Assembly (NCBI GenBank): GCA_964016885.1 | Contig: OZ024742.1 | Coordinates: forward strand, 64,232,001 to 64,296,000 | Length of the DNA stretch: 64,000 nucleotides | Origin: Eledone cirrhosa | Taxonomy: Eukaryota | Reading direction: 5' to 3' | Shown: piece by piece, positions 38,473-64,000 of the stretch | Numbering within the stretch: the stretch's first letter is position 1 | Layout of the letters: each line of letters begins with the position of its first letter | The notes under the pieces: generated by a model | Seen by the model: only the letters and a program-made list of their open reading frames with translations | Database searches by the model: none | Told to the model about the DNA's origin: nothing | Position numbers and translations under genes: made by a program

Positions 38473-40132
38473 ATTTCTGCTATGTATAATTCCAATGAAG
38501 ATTGCTGAAAGTTATTGTTTAAAACAAAATCTTTGATATTTTTAGTCGATGTATCTATCCAAAGGTTGTGGTAATACAGCGACCGAGGGACGGATCGAAC
38601 CTCCGACAGTTTCCTTTACAACTAAGGCAAGAAATGTTATATTACTTGCTTGCAATACATCTTAGTTTTTCAAAAAAGAAATGACTATACATTTTGCAGA
38701 TTGAATGTATAAAAATGCTGAGCTAAATTGAAGGTATGCAAGGTAAGAGAAACAGGACTGACAGACAAGCAGACAGTGAACCGGCGGAGGAAACACTTCT
38801 CACATGGAAATATAACCAGAACGAGGCTATTAGGGGAGAACTTATGTTACTGAGTTTTTATCGACAATGTTTCGAATATTTTTGAATCAGTTCCAAATAT
38901 AAACTATATTTCATAGAATTATAAATAATTTAGAAATTGTATTCTGTAATTATTTCTTTGAAAAAGGCCCGAAGAATGTGTAAATTTTGAATTGATTAAC
39001 TTACACGTTTTACTTGTGACAATGATGGCTCCCACATTGACCCTGTCAGGTCAGAGCTAATAGTGCAAAGGTTTGTCATTGTATCCTCATGTACAATATC
39101 ATCATTCTATGGCGTGTCTCGTTTAGTATATTAGCTATAACAGAATTGAAACAGATGAGAGAAAGTCGATCTAAGGCATTTAAAATAATTTAGGCCATTA
39201 AAAATAATTTAAAACATGAGTTTCATAATCGGTTTTTAGGTTGTTTTCCGTGTTAGCATGGGTTGAGTGTGAATTTTTGAGGCAGTTTTACGGTTGGTCT
39301 GCTATGTTAGTGTGATAGCTGTAATAATAGTATTAGTTGTGATACATACTGTTAAATATGTTGTAAACACCTTATGCTCCTTTCAACTTTGTTGCGGCAA
39401 AGGCGGGTGTCATTCTATACGTAGCTGAACGGAATAAATTACTGAAGTACTGTAATTTATTGATAAATTATTTTTCAGCATTCGAGATTTCCTTCAAAAG
39501 CTAGGAAACTAACAACGAAGTTATATTATCGTTGGTGAGATTCCTGTGGGTCCTTGGCTATTCCAGCACCTCAGTCACGCTATCACTCAGCCTTACCAAA
39601 GTCTCAGGTGATGCTCCTGGTGAAGATGCTTGACTATTGCAGCTCCTCACTCAATCTGTTACCCAATCTTATAGAGATATCAGGTGATGCTGCCTAGCAT
39701 TTTTAGATTAGATAATGCTCCTGGTGAAGGTGCTTAGCTATTTCAACACCTCAGTCTCACTATCACCCACATTAATGCTGAAAATGTTTATTGTTGCCTC
39801 AAAAATTGCTAGAAGGCAATACCAATATTCCCTGTACTTATGTGTAATTCAGTGTGCATGTCTTCTTTTTTCTTTCTATTGATTTGTTGCTTTTGTAAAT
39901 CATATTCAGGATATGAATAATACATCTATTATTAAACAGCTTCATTAAGCAATTCACTTTGTCCTAGGTTTGATTCCACAATATAGTATCTTAGGAAAGC
40001 CATAGCCTTGGATCGACCCAAGGTTTGTGAGTGAAATTAGGTAGACAGAAAGTGCAGCCTGTTTTATGTACTGTATCTGTAATTCAAAGGGCCAGTTGTG
40101 TGATGCAGTGTGTCATGCTGAATCTCCTTGAA

Positions 40133-40509
40133 TTAATCCTTTAGCATTCACATTACTCTATATATACTATTGTATTTTCACAGAAAAGGCTGTATCACTA
40201 ATAATTGTCTCACATAATATTGAATGCCGAAAAGGCTTTTTACCATACATAAAATCAAATGAGATTTTTTGTAATACCTTAACATCAGTATGAGTTAGGA
40301 GTTAGATATTAATTAGTCTTTTAGACCTGTTCGGCTTTCAAAATTGCCCACTGCATGTGAATATATTTATACACAAGCTCTCTAAAAATCCTCAGATAGC
40401 AAAAACGTCTTTCATTCGTCGGTATGAGAGACCGGTTACAGCTGGTTTGAACAGAAAGGGGTGAGAGAATTCTGGCCAGATATGGCTGATTTAAATGCTA
40501 AAGGATTAA
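40133..40509. mobile_element. TTAA-flanked MITE, longer variant
   Basis: Same termini as 21381 and 32002, with extra internal sequence. Confidence 0.65.
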
Positions 40510-40725
40510 GGATACAAATGTCTGTGAAATGTTCATCTACTTACACAATAATTTCATGAACAGGCTATTCTATTGATTGAACAACTGGAACACTCATTGT
40601 CGAAGTCAATGGTTGTTCATTCCATAATTAAACACCAAAATTGATATGTCTTTCTATCTCTAGAACATTGTCTTTCAGTGATAGATCTTCCTGCTAGACA
40701 AATTAAAAATTGCAAAACAATAGAG

Positions 40726-41740
40726 TACAAGGGTCAGCTGAAAAAATTACAGGCTGAACAAGATACTCTCATGGAATGTGACCAAATGAGGTTTATTTTT
40801 CAACATAGTCTCCTTTGCAATCCACACATTTCATCCATTGGTCTTGCAGTGCTTGAATCCCAATTGAGAAAAAGATTTCATCCTGTTGGTAAAAAAAAAA
40901 AATCATCTACAGCAGATATGATGTTATCATCACTGTCATACTGATTCCTAACCAAGTGTTTTTTCATGTTGGTGAATAGATGATAGACAGATGGGGTCAA
41001 ATCAGGAGAATAGCGAGGTTGATCAACCAGTTCAAATCCACAGTCACACACAGCAGCCATTGAAACCAAGGACTTGCGTGCTGGAGTATTGTCCTGATGA
41101 AACAAGACCCTTTTCATCAGCTTTCCTGGATGTTTGGTCTTGACAGCCTTTCGTAACTGCCTCAGCAAGTTGGCATAGTACTCTCCATTGATGGTGTGGC
41201 CCTTTAGAAGATAGTCAATAAAGACAATTCCTTTTGCATCCAAAAAACTGAGGGCATCACCTTCCCTGCAGATGAAATGACCTTGTCCTTCTTAGGAGCA
41301 GGTGAGGAGGGTTGTTTCCACTGTATTGACTGTCTCTTTTGTTTCTGACTCAAAGTGATGAACCCAACACTCATCCTGGGTTAGGAAATGTTCAAGGAAA
41401 CCAGCTGGATCAGCCTCAAATATTGTCAGGTTTTCCCGTGATGTGATCAGCCTGGTGGGCTTTTGATCAGGTGTCAGAAGATATGGCATCGACCAAGCAG
41501 AAACCTTCGTCATGCCAAGTTGATTGTGCGGAATATTCTCTCACAGGATATGCTAATAGCATTGGCTATTTGATTTATAGTCAATCATCTGTCACCCATC
41601 ACCATGTGGTGAACACAATCAATGTTTTCCTTGGTGATGGCAGTTGCAGGACATCCAGACTTTGGACTATCTTCAAGACTTTCCATTCCCCTCCTGAATT
41701 CAGCTGCCCACTTTTTCACTCTCGATAAAGCTGGGGGTTC
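40726..41740 (-). mobile_element. Mariner transposon relic with a frameshifted DD34D transposase
   Basis: LTQDECWVHHFE, DAKGIVFIDYL..GHTINGEYY, FHQDNTPA, YSPDLTPS.YHLF; terminus TA-CAAGGGTCAGCTGAAAA. Confidence 0.9.
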
Positions 41741-42143
41741 AACTATTTTCCTGCATCACATACCTCAGCACCACCCACATACCACACATCTTCTCTAGCA
41801 GTCACGCATCCTCAACATAGCAATCACTTGTCACTTCTAACAATTACACACCCCCAACAGAGCAAATTCTGATCTTCCTCTTCATGACCAGAAAATACTT
41901 CAGCTCAAGTGAAACCCACCATAGATTGCTGTTTTCACATTTGGAATGGCATTGTTTCCCCACCTGGGACATTGTTGTTCCCACAACTGTGATAGTGCTG
42001 CTGCTACACACCCAGACAATATAGACTTTATTTGCTACCATTACTACAGTGACTCTTCTCAAAAGTTGGCTGGCTGGTTTTGTCTGGCCTGGGTAACCTA
42101 CTTAGTCCTGCCCCCACCCAGTCATTTATCACTCACTTTATTT

Positions 42144-42330
42144 GGATTGGCAGTATTGGTAGAGGATCAGACACCATGCTTTCCAGCATAGAGTTACGTC
42201 CCTTTATGGTCTGAGTTCAAATCCCGCCGTGGTTAACTTTGCCTTTTATCCTTACGTGGGTCGATAAAATCAAATACCAATAATGCACTGGGATAATTAC
42301 TGGCCTTGTGCCAAAAGTAGAAACAATTAT
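42144..42330 (+). mobile_element. tRNA-derived SINE
   Basis: Same family. Confidence 0.85.
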
Positions 42331-42469
42331 TATCATCATCATCACCATTTAACATCCATTTTCTACACTAGCATGGGTTAGACAAGTCAGATTAGATGAT
42401 TATGTCTTGCTCATAGGAAACTCTTTCTGGCTTAGTTTCTATGGCTGGATGTCCTTCCTAACGCCAACA

Positions 42470-43105
42470 ACATTTACAGTGTGGACTGGATGCTTTTTAA
42501 CATGGTACTAAAACAACTTTACAGTGAGGACTGGGCGCTTTTTGTCATGCCACGAAAACAACCACTCTACAATGTGGACTGGGTGTTTTTTATCATGTCA
42601 TCAATATGACCACTTTACAGTGTAGTCTGGCACGTTTGTAGCATCACTAACATGATCACTTTACAGGGTGGACTGGGTGTTTTTCATATTGTGTCGCTTA
42701 CATGACCACCCTGCAGAGTGGACTGGGTGCTTTTTGTCATGTCACCATCATGACCACCTGATAGGGCAGACTAAGTGCTCTTTGCCATGTCACCAACCCA
42801 ACAACCCCATAGGGCATACCAGGCACTTTCTGTTGTGCCACCAACATGACCACTTTACAGTGGACTAGGTTCTTCCTGTAGTCTCTCCAACATGACAACC
42901 TGACAGGGTAGGTTGAGTGTTTATTTGTCATGTCAACAGTATAACCACCTTGCAAGGAGGGTTAGGTGCTCTATTGTCATATTACCTAACACAGGAGGTT
43001 TGGTGCTCTTTTATCATGACACCAACATGAGCACTCTACATGATAGACTAGGGGCTTTGTGTCACCAGCATTACCACTTTATAGCGAGTACTGAGAGCTT
43101 TTAAC
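42470..43105. repeat. Degenerate tandem array of about 47 bp amplified from a SINE-internal segment
   Basis: Recurrent cactttacagtg.ggactgggtgctttttgtcatg..accaacatgac. Confidence 0.75.
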
Positions 43106-43299
43106 CATTTCAGCAGCATTGTGGGAGAGCATGTTCAGCTTTCCATACTTGTATACATGGGTTGGTCAAGAGAGGTGCATCATGTGGAAAGTGTAGGTGC
43201 ATGTACGTAGGGTGGGGATTGAAGAGGGTAGGGTACTTAGGTGGTTAGGGGTGGAGTGATTAAGACATGGGAGGAGTATGAAAAGGGAGGGTGAGAAGT

Positions 43300-44200
43300 G
43301 GTGCATACTAGAAACCACAAGATGCTGCTTCATCCCATGCACATGGGAAGGTGGGTTTCTGCAGTACTGCATAATGCTGGAGATCACGATCTTGTGTCAT
43401 CACTTTTGAGAGGTGCAACTGTGTGAGACCAGTTTTTATCATTTCATTTGAAGCTTTCCTAGGTCTTCCTCTTCCATAGCTACCATCAATTTTTAGTGCC
43501 CTGCACCTTTTTATACAGCTGTCATCCTTCATACGCATCATATGTCCATACCAATGCAATCTCCTCTTTTGCACACTGCATCTAATTCCTCTTATGCACA
43601 GTTATGCTTTGCTATTCATGTATTACACATCCATCAAAGCATAGAAGCTTCATTTCTTTCCAATCTTCACAGGTTCTCTGCACATAGTGCCCAGGTCTCA
43701 CTACTATGCAACATTATTCTTTTGTATACATGCATCATACAATCTGCCCTTCATTTTGAGGGAAAAACCTTTTGTAGTTAGCAGCGGTAATAGCTCACTA
43801 TTGTACTTTCAGAACACCCACCTCCACTGTTAATTTGGTCACCTAGGTAACAGAAACTATCAACTACTTCAGAGCCCTCTGGGCATTTAAAGGAACTCAT
43901 ATCTGGTGAACTCTTACTACTTACTATGCCAGTGCATCAACCACATAAAAACCTACATTTTGCTAGCCTGGCTGAGATACCACTACATCCTCTTGTGTAC
44001 CCATAGTTTGCATTTGGGACATAGGATGGAATTTCTACCTTCTGCTTTCCTGCACACTGAGCAAGGCCATTTCCCTGAGGTAATCTAGGTCCTATTTTCT
44101 TTACATACTAGGACTTTAGTCTTTGTCAATTTGACTCTAGGTCATGCTTCCAATTTCTAATCTCTTTTCCCAGAAAGTCAATCTTCTGGAATTCTCTCTC
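43300..44200 (-). mobile_element. RTE-clade LINE 3' fragment
   Basis: QKRRLHWYGHMMRMKDDSCIKR..GRGRPRK; upstream GKWPCSVCRK-type zinc-knuckle remnant. Confidence 0.85.
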
Positions 44201-46561
44201 TGACATTTTTCCTGCATCAGTCGACTTACAATTGTTCAAGTCACATTAACTGTGTTTAATTCACTAGTTTTGGAGGGTATGACCATTTCTCCTTTTTATT
44301 CATTTCTTTTAAAATAGGTACACCATGTCCCTTTTTGTCATAAGTGACTATAGCATCTGGCTACAAAAAACCCCTCAGAAAATCCTGTCCAACCCATGCC
44401 AAATATCGACCACAATTATGAAACACAGCCTAATGAAGTTGTTGCTGATACTGTGAAGTCCTGAACTGTAAAACTCTGGACCACAATTATAAACAACACG
44501 CTATGAAATGCTGAATTGTAAAATTATTGGCAACTACTCTAGATCACAACCTACTAAATTGTTGGTGATCCTATGAAATGCTTCATCATGAAGTAGAATA
44601 GTCAGCGTATATCCCTCTGTGTAAGCCATTCACCTTGGAGTTGAATGTGACAGTAGGATGTGAACTCAATCACTACCACTTATAAAATATTCAGGTCTAT
44701 AGTGACCTTGTCATGTGATTCAAAATCAGACCAATGGCATATAAATAATTGACCAAATGTTGAGGTTCAATCCATAAATCTATCATTGGTCAGTCCAGAT
44801 ACATACTGCCTGTGTTTAGTTGAAGATCATATTGTCCCTTCTGTCTGTTTGTTGTTGTTTGACCATAGATCATCCCTATTCAAATACGATGAGTTGGCAA
44901 AGCTGTTAGAACATCAAATAGAAACCCTGCAGTATTTGTTCCGACTCTCAGCAATCTGAGTTCAATAAATAAAGTACAAGCCTGACAGTGGATTGGTGGA
45001 ATTGTTAGAGAATTGGTTAGAATAACTGGTGGTATTTGTTCCAGCTCTCGACTTCTGACATGAAATCTTGCCATGGCCTACTTGGGCAATAGATTTAGCT
45101 CTTGATACCAAGCTGTTTGAAACCACACCTGATTCTATGATACTAAGTTGTTTATTTTAGAATGTTCATAAATGTACACAATAATTTTCATTATTATCGT
45201 AATTTGATGGTGCTATGATACAAAGCTGTTTGTATTTATCTAGAAACCCTCCATTATAATTTTATGTAAGAACCTTTGTTAACTTATGTTCCAAACACCA
45301 GCTGAACTATTTAGTAATATAATTAACTAAGTTAATTATATTACTAAATCATTGCAAAATTATTTGAAAACCATAGTGTTTTTATCAGAAGCTTGGTAAC
45401 AAAACAGTTAATCTGTTGTCCAGTTTAGGGCCATTACCTAGCTTTTGAGTGTCTTTAGTGGATTCTACTGTGTTGCAAGCATTTAGGCAAGATCTCTAGG
45501 TTGAGGATACCTCCCCTCCTTTCCCTTCTCTTTCACTAAACAATAGAAAAAAAAGTTGTTACAATCCTAATGTATGAACCACTGATATATAAGCCAGAAT
45601 ACTGGCATCTTTTTCTTACTGACTCAACCAGTTGTGGCTTTGGAATTTTGATGAAAGAAAACAAAAAAAAAAAGAAAAGTATTGGAGATTATAAAGTTGT
45701 ACATAATTTATTTTAAGTAAAAAAAACAACAACAATTTAAAAATTATTTTCATAAATTTTTATAATACAAGATTGAATAAGCATGCAAGTTTCTTGCTGA
45801 TAAAAGTGTGTATGGCAGATAGAAAGATGCAACTTAAATTGGATAGTTTTGCAATTTCATCATCAAAATTATTAGTGTACTGTATTGTTATATATTTAGT
45901 TTGAAGCACTGGAGCAGAAAAAATATTAAAAATAAAAGTGTGTCAAAGAGGGAATGAGAATTTAAAAAATAGAATTATTTAAAAAAATCATTTGAACAGA
46001 AAAAAATTATACAGGAGTGCTTAATGTATAATCTTTATTAGAGAAATGTTTTATTTCATTATTTGTATAATTACAAAGGCTTATTGGAAGATTTAAAATA
46101 GGCAATAATATTCACGGGATTAACAGCAAAAATATTATGACAGTGAATTAAATTCGGTAATGTATATTTATAAAAAAAATTATGAAAATCACATACCCTT
46201 GTTTTTTGTAAAATATCCAGACAGCATTAGAATAATGAATGACTGTTTGATAATGTCTAAATTTCCCTCTAGTTAGAGAAATGGCACTTGAGTGAAGGAA
46301 TATCAAGGCTATATTAAGACTCACAGCACACACAATAACATGAGTTGTAAACAAAAATATCAAGTTGCCATTATTTTCTTTTAATATAGTAAAAGAAATT
46401 GGTAAATAGTTGTTGTATGTATCTATTTTTTAAATATTTCATATTTTTTTCTTTTCTTCTAAAAAGGATTTAATAGACTTTGAAAAAAGATAACAAAGAA
46501 TAAAGTAAAATTAGTTTCTACTGTACAAACTGGAAGAGTTTTGATTAAAAATAACAAAGTG

Positions 46562-46617
<56 letters not shown>

Positions 46618-47654
46618 ATATATATAACAACACTGGTAAAAGAAATATCGTTGTTATAAGAGTTGAGCAAACAGCTATAGTCTGAAGGAGGGGGAGGTTA
46701 GCAGCCTCAAGTGATTTTATTATGCACACCATTGTTTGACCACAGTGACTGTGGTATTGAAACAAATATGTAAGAGGGGAAACAAAAATTAAATGGCTAA
46801 CGTTTTCATTGCATTATAACATTTCTCTGGGCTATATAAAACCTAAGTTTTGTAGAAACAGTCAGTTCCCAGTCATTTTTCATGATTCTGGAAGAATCTT
46901 TCTCAAAAATGCCAGCAATATTCACTTTACAACTACTTGCTGTGAGATAAAGGATTCTTTAGTGCAGTTAATAAAGAAACAGTACTCCTGACTATTTCAG
47001 TGAAATCTCTGCCAATTCTTGTTTGAATTTTGATTCATTTCAAACAAGAAAACTTTTTATAAAATAAATGAAACTGTAGAGCAAAGGATTTATTTACTAG
47101 ATGTCAGTTCCAGTTGTCCATTTGTAATCAAAACATTGACTTGAAAAGTCAGGCAATCAGGAAGGGCATTGTCTTTGAAAACCGGGAAAACAAGACATTG
47201 ACTTTGAAAACCAGGCAGTTAGGACAAGATAATTATTGTCACTAATGGTGAATAAATAAATCAATAGAAAACCTTATCTACTAAATATTTTTTTTTATAA
47301 ATGTTTCTGTTTAAAATCTTAAAAATGTAATATAGAGACGTGAAGTTTTAAAAATATATTAGAAAAAATAAAAATATAAAAAATGTAGGCACATTAAAGT
47401 GATAGACGCAAGATGTAATATAAACAAATTATATTGTATTATGGCAGATCTTTTGGCTTTATCATTAAAGTATGTTGCCAAAAACATTAACAAAATATTA
47501 TGCCAAAGACAAATTGAAATTATATAATATATGCACAGGTATATTTGTATGTGTGTATATGTTTGTGCCTATATATATAATGTGTGTGTGACTTTATGTA
47601 TATATGTGTGTACTTATATATATATGTGTGTGTGTGTGTGTGTATGTTTGTACC

Positions 47655-47691
<37 letters not shown>

Positions 47692-49178
47692 ACGTGTTAA
47701 ATATTATGACTTTTAGACAGAAAACAGAAACATTCCAGGAAAATTATTTTTAAGTGTGAATGTTTACTCAGCAGTTCCAAAATATCTTTTCTGTTTAATA
47801 ATAATAATAATAATAATAAAGTCTGGTGTGATCAGTGCTGCAATATTGTGTGAGAGTAACAGCATTGGTCAACCAGAAGTCCATAAGAGAACAAAGAATG
47901 ACCATTAAAATTCCCTGAACTTTCACAAATAACTGGAACTAATAATAATAACAACAATAATAATATATATATGTGTGTGAATCAAACCTCAGGTCATAAC
48001 ACAGTTAGTAATGGGGTTTTTGTTTTGTATTTTTGCACAGTAAACCAAAATTCTCCTCGGCCCGACCATCGAAGTTATGGCAACACAAACCAGTCTTTCT
48101 TTTTTGATATCATTATATCAAAAACAAAGAAAAATAAATAAATAAAAAATGGTCACCATACCATTGTTGACCAGCATGTCAGCTATTCCATCTAACCAAC
48201 CAGCCATCCAGCTATCCAAATTTCTGATTAATAGCACTTGGCTTTTACTCCACTTCAAACCAACCAATGTGTGTGTGTGTGTGTGTGTATGTATGAATTA
48301 TGTGAAAAGGTTAAAAAAAATATATTCAGTCTTTTATTAAAATATAATGTGGAGGGGAGGCAGAGAAAAAAAGTTTTGTAGTGTGGAGAATGGGGAATGA
48401 AACAGTAAAAATTGTGGCACAGATGTGATTATAACAGACATAAATATGTGGTTACATGAGATGAAATTATAGATGTCAAAAATATTTCAGGAATTGAAAC
48501 AACCTGTGATGGAAGCCAACGTTAAAACTGGAACTAATGAACAATGATTTGTAGTGTTTCTTCATTATCAATAGAATGGAATTGGCAGTGGACTAATTAT
48601 TGGTACTGGATTGATTTTGGTGGTATTATAGGAAAGAGACATAATATAGCAATAGGCAGTAGAAGGGTGAGAGAGAGTGTGAATGGGGAATAGTGAGAAG
48701 AGAGTGATTAGAGAATGGGGAGAGGAAAGTAATTAGAGAAGGAGATGAAGAAAGGGGAAAGTGATGAGAGAGGAGGCAAGGAAAGAATGAGGAGAAAGTG
48801 ATTAAAGAGACGGGGAGTTAAAAGGGAGAGAGAAAGTCGAAGAGTAGGAAGGATAGAACAAGAATACAAAGAGAAGATGAGGAGATGAAAAGGGATGAGA
48901 GAGAGAGAGAGATTCATTTATCAATATAAATGTAAATGAAAGGTGTAGGTGGTGGCATGAGTGGTGGTAGTAGAGAAGATAGTAATCAGAAGAATTGCTG
49001 TTTGTTTAAGTGAAAGGTGGTGGTGACATGGGTGGTCATGGTGGAGAAGGTGGTAGTCAGAAGAATTGCTGTATCAGTCATCATCTCTGGTCAGCACAAA
49101 GACTGTTGTTGCTCACATGGTCAGACAGATGTAAGTAATAAGGAAGTCGTCAATCTGTTCAGCAGCATCACACTGTCT

Positions 49179-61819
<12,641 letters not shown>

Positions 61820-63409
61820 CTGAAATACACAATAAATATATTATCTTGTAGATGGTTGTCTAACAACATGTGCTTCCTTTCCTATCTACCATTTCTTTTC
61901 TTTTTTTTTTACTCTTGTCTATCTTTCTTTTTCTCTCTCTCTCATTCTATTTTCCAATGAAGGACTAACATCTGAAATGTTAAGACTCTTTTCCAACTGT
62001 ATTGACCGTGAAACTAATACACGTTTATTGTATTGTATTATTATTATTTTTCCTTGTTATAGTTGCTATTGTAGTTGATAACTTTTGTTACATAGGTGAC
62101 CTAATTAGCAGTGAATGTGGGTGTTCTGAAAGCAGTTGCCAGAATAAGAATGGGAAGAAGTTACCTAGACTAACAAAAGTGAGTTTCTATCTGAGAGTGA
62201 CAGGTAGACTGTTTGATGTTTATGTACAAAGTATGAAACTGCAAGATTGTGAAATAGCTTTGAAAACAAAGGCTATGTAAAGGCTGAAAAAAAATGGGAT
62301 GAGTATGTTTGAATGTATGTTTTATGTTAGTGTGGATGAATGATGAAACACAAACAAGCTGAGAGAAAAACTGGATACGAGAGGAATCAGATCTAATAAT
62401 GGAATAATTGTACTGAAGAAGACTCACCCAAGATATGCAAACTTAGAAAAATATAAGATTGAGAGAACTCTCGTATTCTCAAGGACATAGTGACCTCTCT
62501 AGTGGTTGACATTAAGAAGAGCATCCAGTCATAGAAACCATGCTAAAATGGAATGTATATGAGCAAGATGTAGTCATCTAGGGGTTAGTAGCTCAGACAG
62601 AGAATTGATTTAGTCTGTAATGACTTGTCCAAATCATGCCAGCATGGAAAAGCTGATGTTGAATGTTAATGATTATATATTCATGCAGGCATGGCTAAAT
62701 GGTTAATAAGTTTACTTTGTAATTATGACAACCAAGTTTGGTCCTACTGTGTCTCATCTTGGACAAGTGTCATTTACCATAACCATGGTATGTGTACGTA
62801 TGTATGTGTATATGTAATATATGTATGATGTTTAGATACAAAGTCTGAAATTGCATGATTGTGAAATAACCTTGAATGCAAAGGATAAAAAGAAATATAT
62901 ACATATGTATACATAAAGTCTGAGGTGCTGAGACTGGAGAGACCACAAATCAGGGTAGTACTCTATGCATGGGAAGAAACAAATTCAGCTTGCTGAATAC
63001 AAGCTGAAACCGCTAGGCATCACAGTTGTGTTTTTACCTTCCTTTAACCCATGCTAGCGTGGAAAACGGACGTTAAACGAAGATGATGATGATGATGATG
63101 ATGATATATATTCCCTTCTGCAGGTTATGAATCCCACCACCACACTCCTATCAATGCCTCCTCAATGATGCTGCTATGATAAAAATGCACCCAGCCCACC
63201 CTGCATGGTAGTAGTACCAGAGTCACGATAAAATGTTCCCACTGCATGCTGTTAAGTGGTTGCTGCTAGGAAGGGCATCTAGACATAGAACCCAGGCCCA
63301 AAATGGAACATATGAGCAAGACATGGTCCCCTGACTAGACTAGCTTCAACTAGTTTAACTCATGCAAACATGGAAAAATAATGTTAAAAGATGATGATGA
63401 TAATAATAA

Positions 63410-63592
63410 TAATTGTTTCTACTTTAGGCACAAGGCCAGCAATTACCCAGTGCATTACTGGTACTTTATTTTACCGACCTCGTAAGGATGAAAGGCAAAG
63501 TCAACCTCGGCGGGATTTGAACTCAGATCGTAAAGGGACATAACTATGCTGGAAAGCATGGCGTCTGACCCTCTACCGATACTGCCAATCCA
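63410..63592 (-). mobile_element. tRNA-derived SINE (young copy)
   Basis: Same family. Confidence 0.88.
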
Positions 63593-63599
63593 CCACCCT

Positions 63600-64000
63600 T
63601 TAATAATAATAATAATAATAATAAAATATTGTGTACAGTGCTCAGGTGCACTACAAGTCATCAAAAAGTGTATGTATAGTACATAGGGTAATGTACAAAC
63701 ATCAGGAAAATGTACAGTGCATGAGTCATGATACACACGTGTGCATGTGTATGGAAGGGGTACATCAGGTGTAGTTTTGGCGTATTTCGGGAAGCATGAG
63801 TGTCTTAAAGGATGCAGTGTCTCGGCAGCTAACAACTGACGCAGGCAGTTTGTTCCATGCTTCAGCAACTCTGAGCGTGAAAAAATGTTTACGAAAGTCA
63901 TGGGAGCTGTGCTGTTTTCTGATTTTGTAGGCATGTCCATGTGTGTTAGCCACATGGAGATCAAAAAGGTGCTCAGGGTTGCAATTAGCGAGATGGTTAA
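63600..64000 (-). mobile_element. CR1 LINE 3' end, continuing beyond the window
   Basis: THGHAYKIRKQHSSHDFRKHFFTLRVAEAWNKLPASVV, 3' UTR and (ATT)n tail; same family as 290-1640. Confidence 0.9.

Noticed and set aside
38730-38750. Plus-strand donor-like AAG|GTAAGA upstream of nicalin, suggesting a divergent gene
   Set aside because: No downstream plus-strand exons are recognisable, and the motif alone is insufficient.
40320-40400. Additional hammerhead candidates (here, and CTGATGA at 12465, 22939 and 56185)
   Set aside because: No convincing stem I or stem III pairing around the core.
63455-63964. 169-aa ORF
   Set aside because: An off-frame read through the CR1 3' end and an adjacent SINE.

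Overview
This is eukaryotic, AT-rich, repeat-dense genomic DNA, probably from a coleoid cephalopod (Octopus-like). That assignment is an inference from the SINE and LINE families and the microsatellite load. Two spliced protein-coding genes lie on the minus strand. The first is a complete 14-coding-exon nicalin (NCLN) gene, CDS 38472->7897, 1680 nt and 559 aa, which I assembled exon by exon with consistent splice phases; one intron is GC-AG. The second is the 3' eight coding exons of a TRAF7 orthologue (WD40 region, 61819->49179), whose 5' part lies beyond the window. Introns and intergenic DNA hold CR1 and RTE LINE fragments, two SINE families, a mariner relic, TTAA-flanked MITEs, a Helitron-like element, an LTR fragment with a multiplied tRNA-Trp primer-binding site, and minisatellites. 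Two things stand out. (1) At least five loci carry type I hammerhead-ribozyme motifs in small, often inverted-duplicated and TA-flanked Penelope-like inserts. Intact free copies are antisense to the host genes, while sense copies are broken or locked in a 208-bp perfect hairpin. (2) A 15-copy 53-bp tandem array amplifies the nicalin stop codon together with a downstream 5' splice site. All coordinates were counted by hand; repeat boundaries are approximate.
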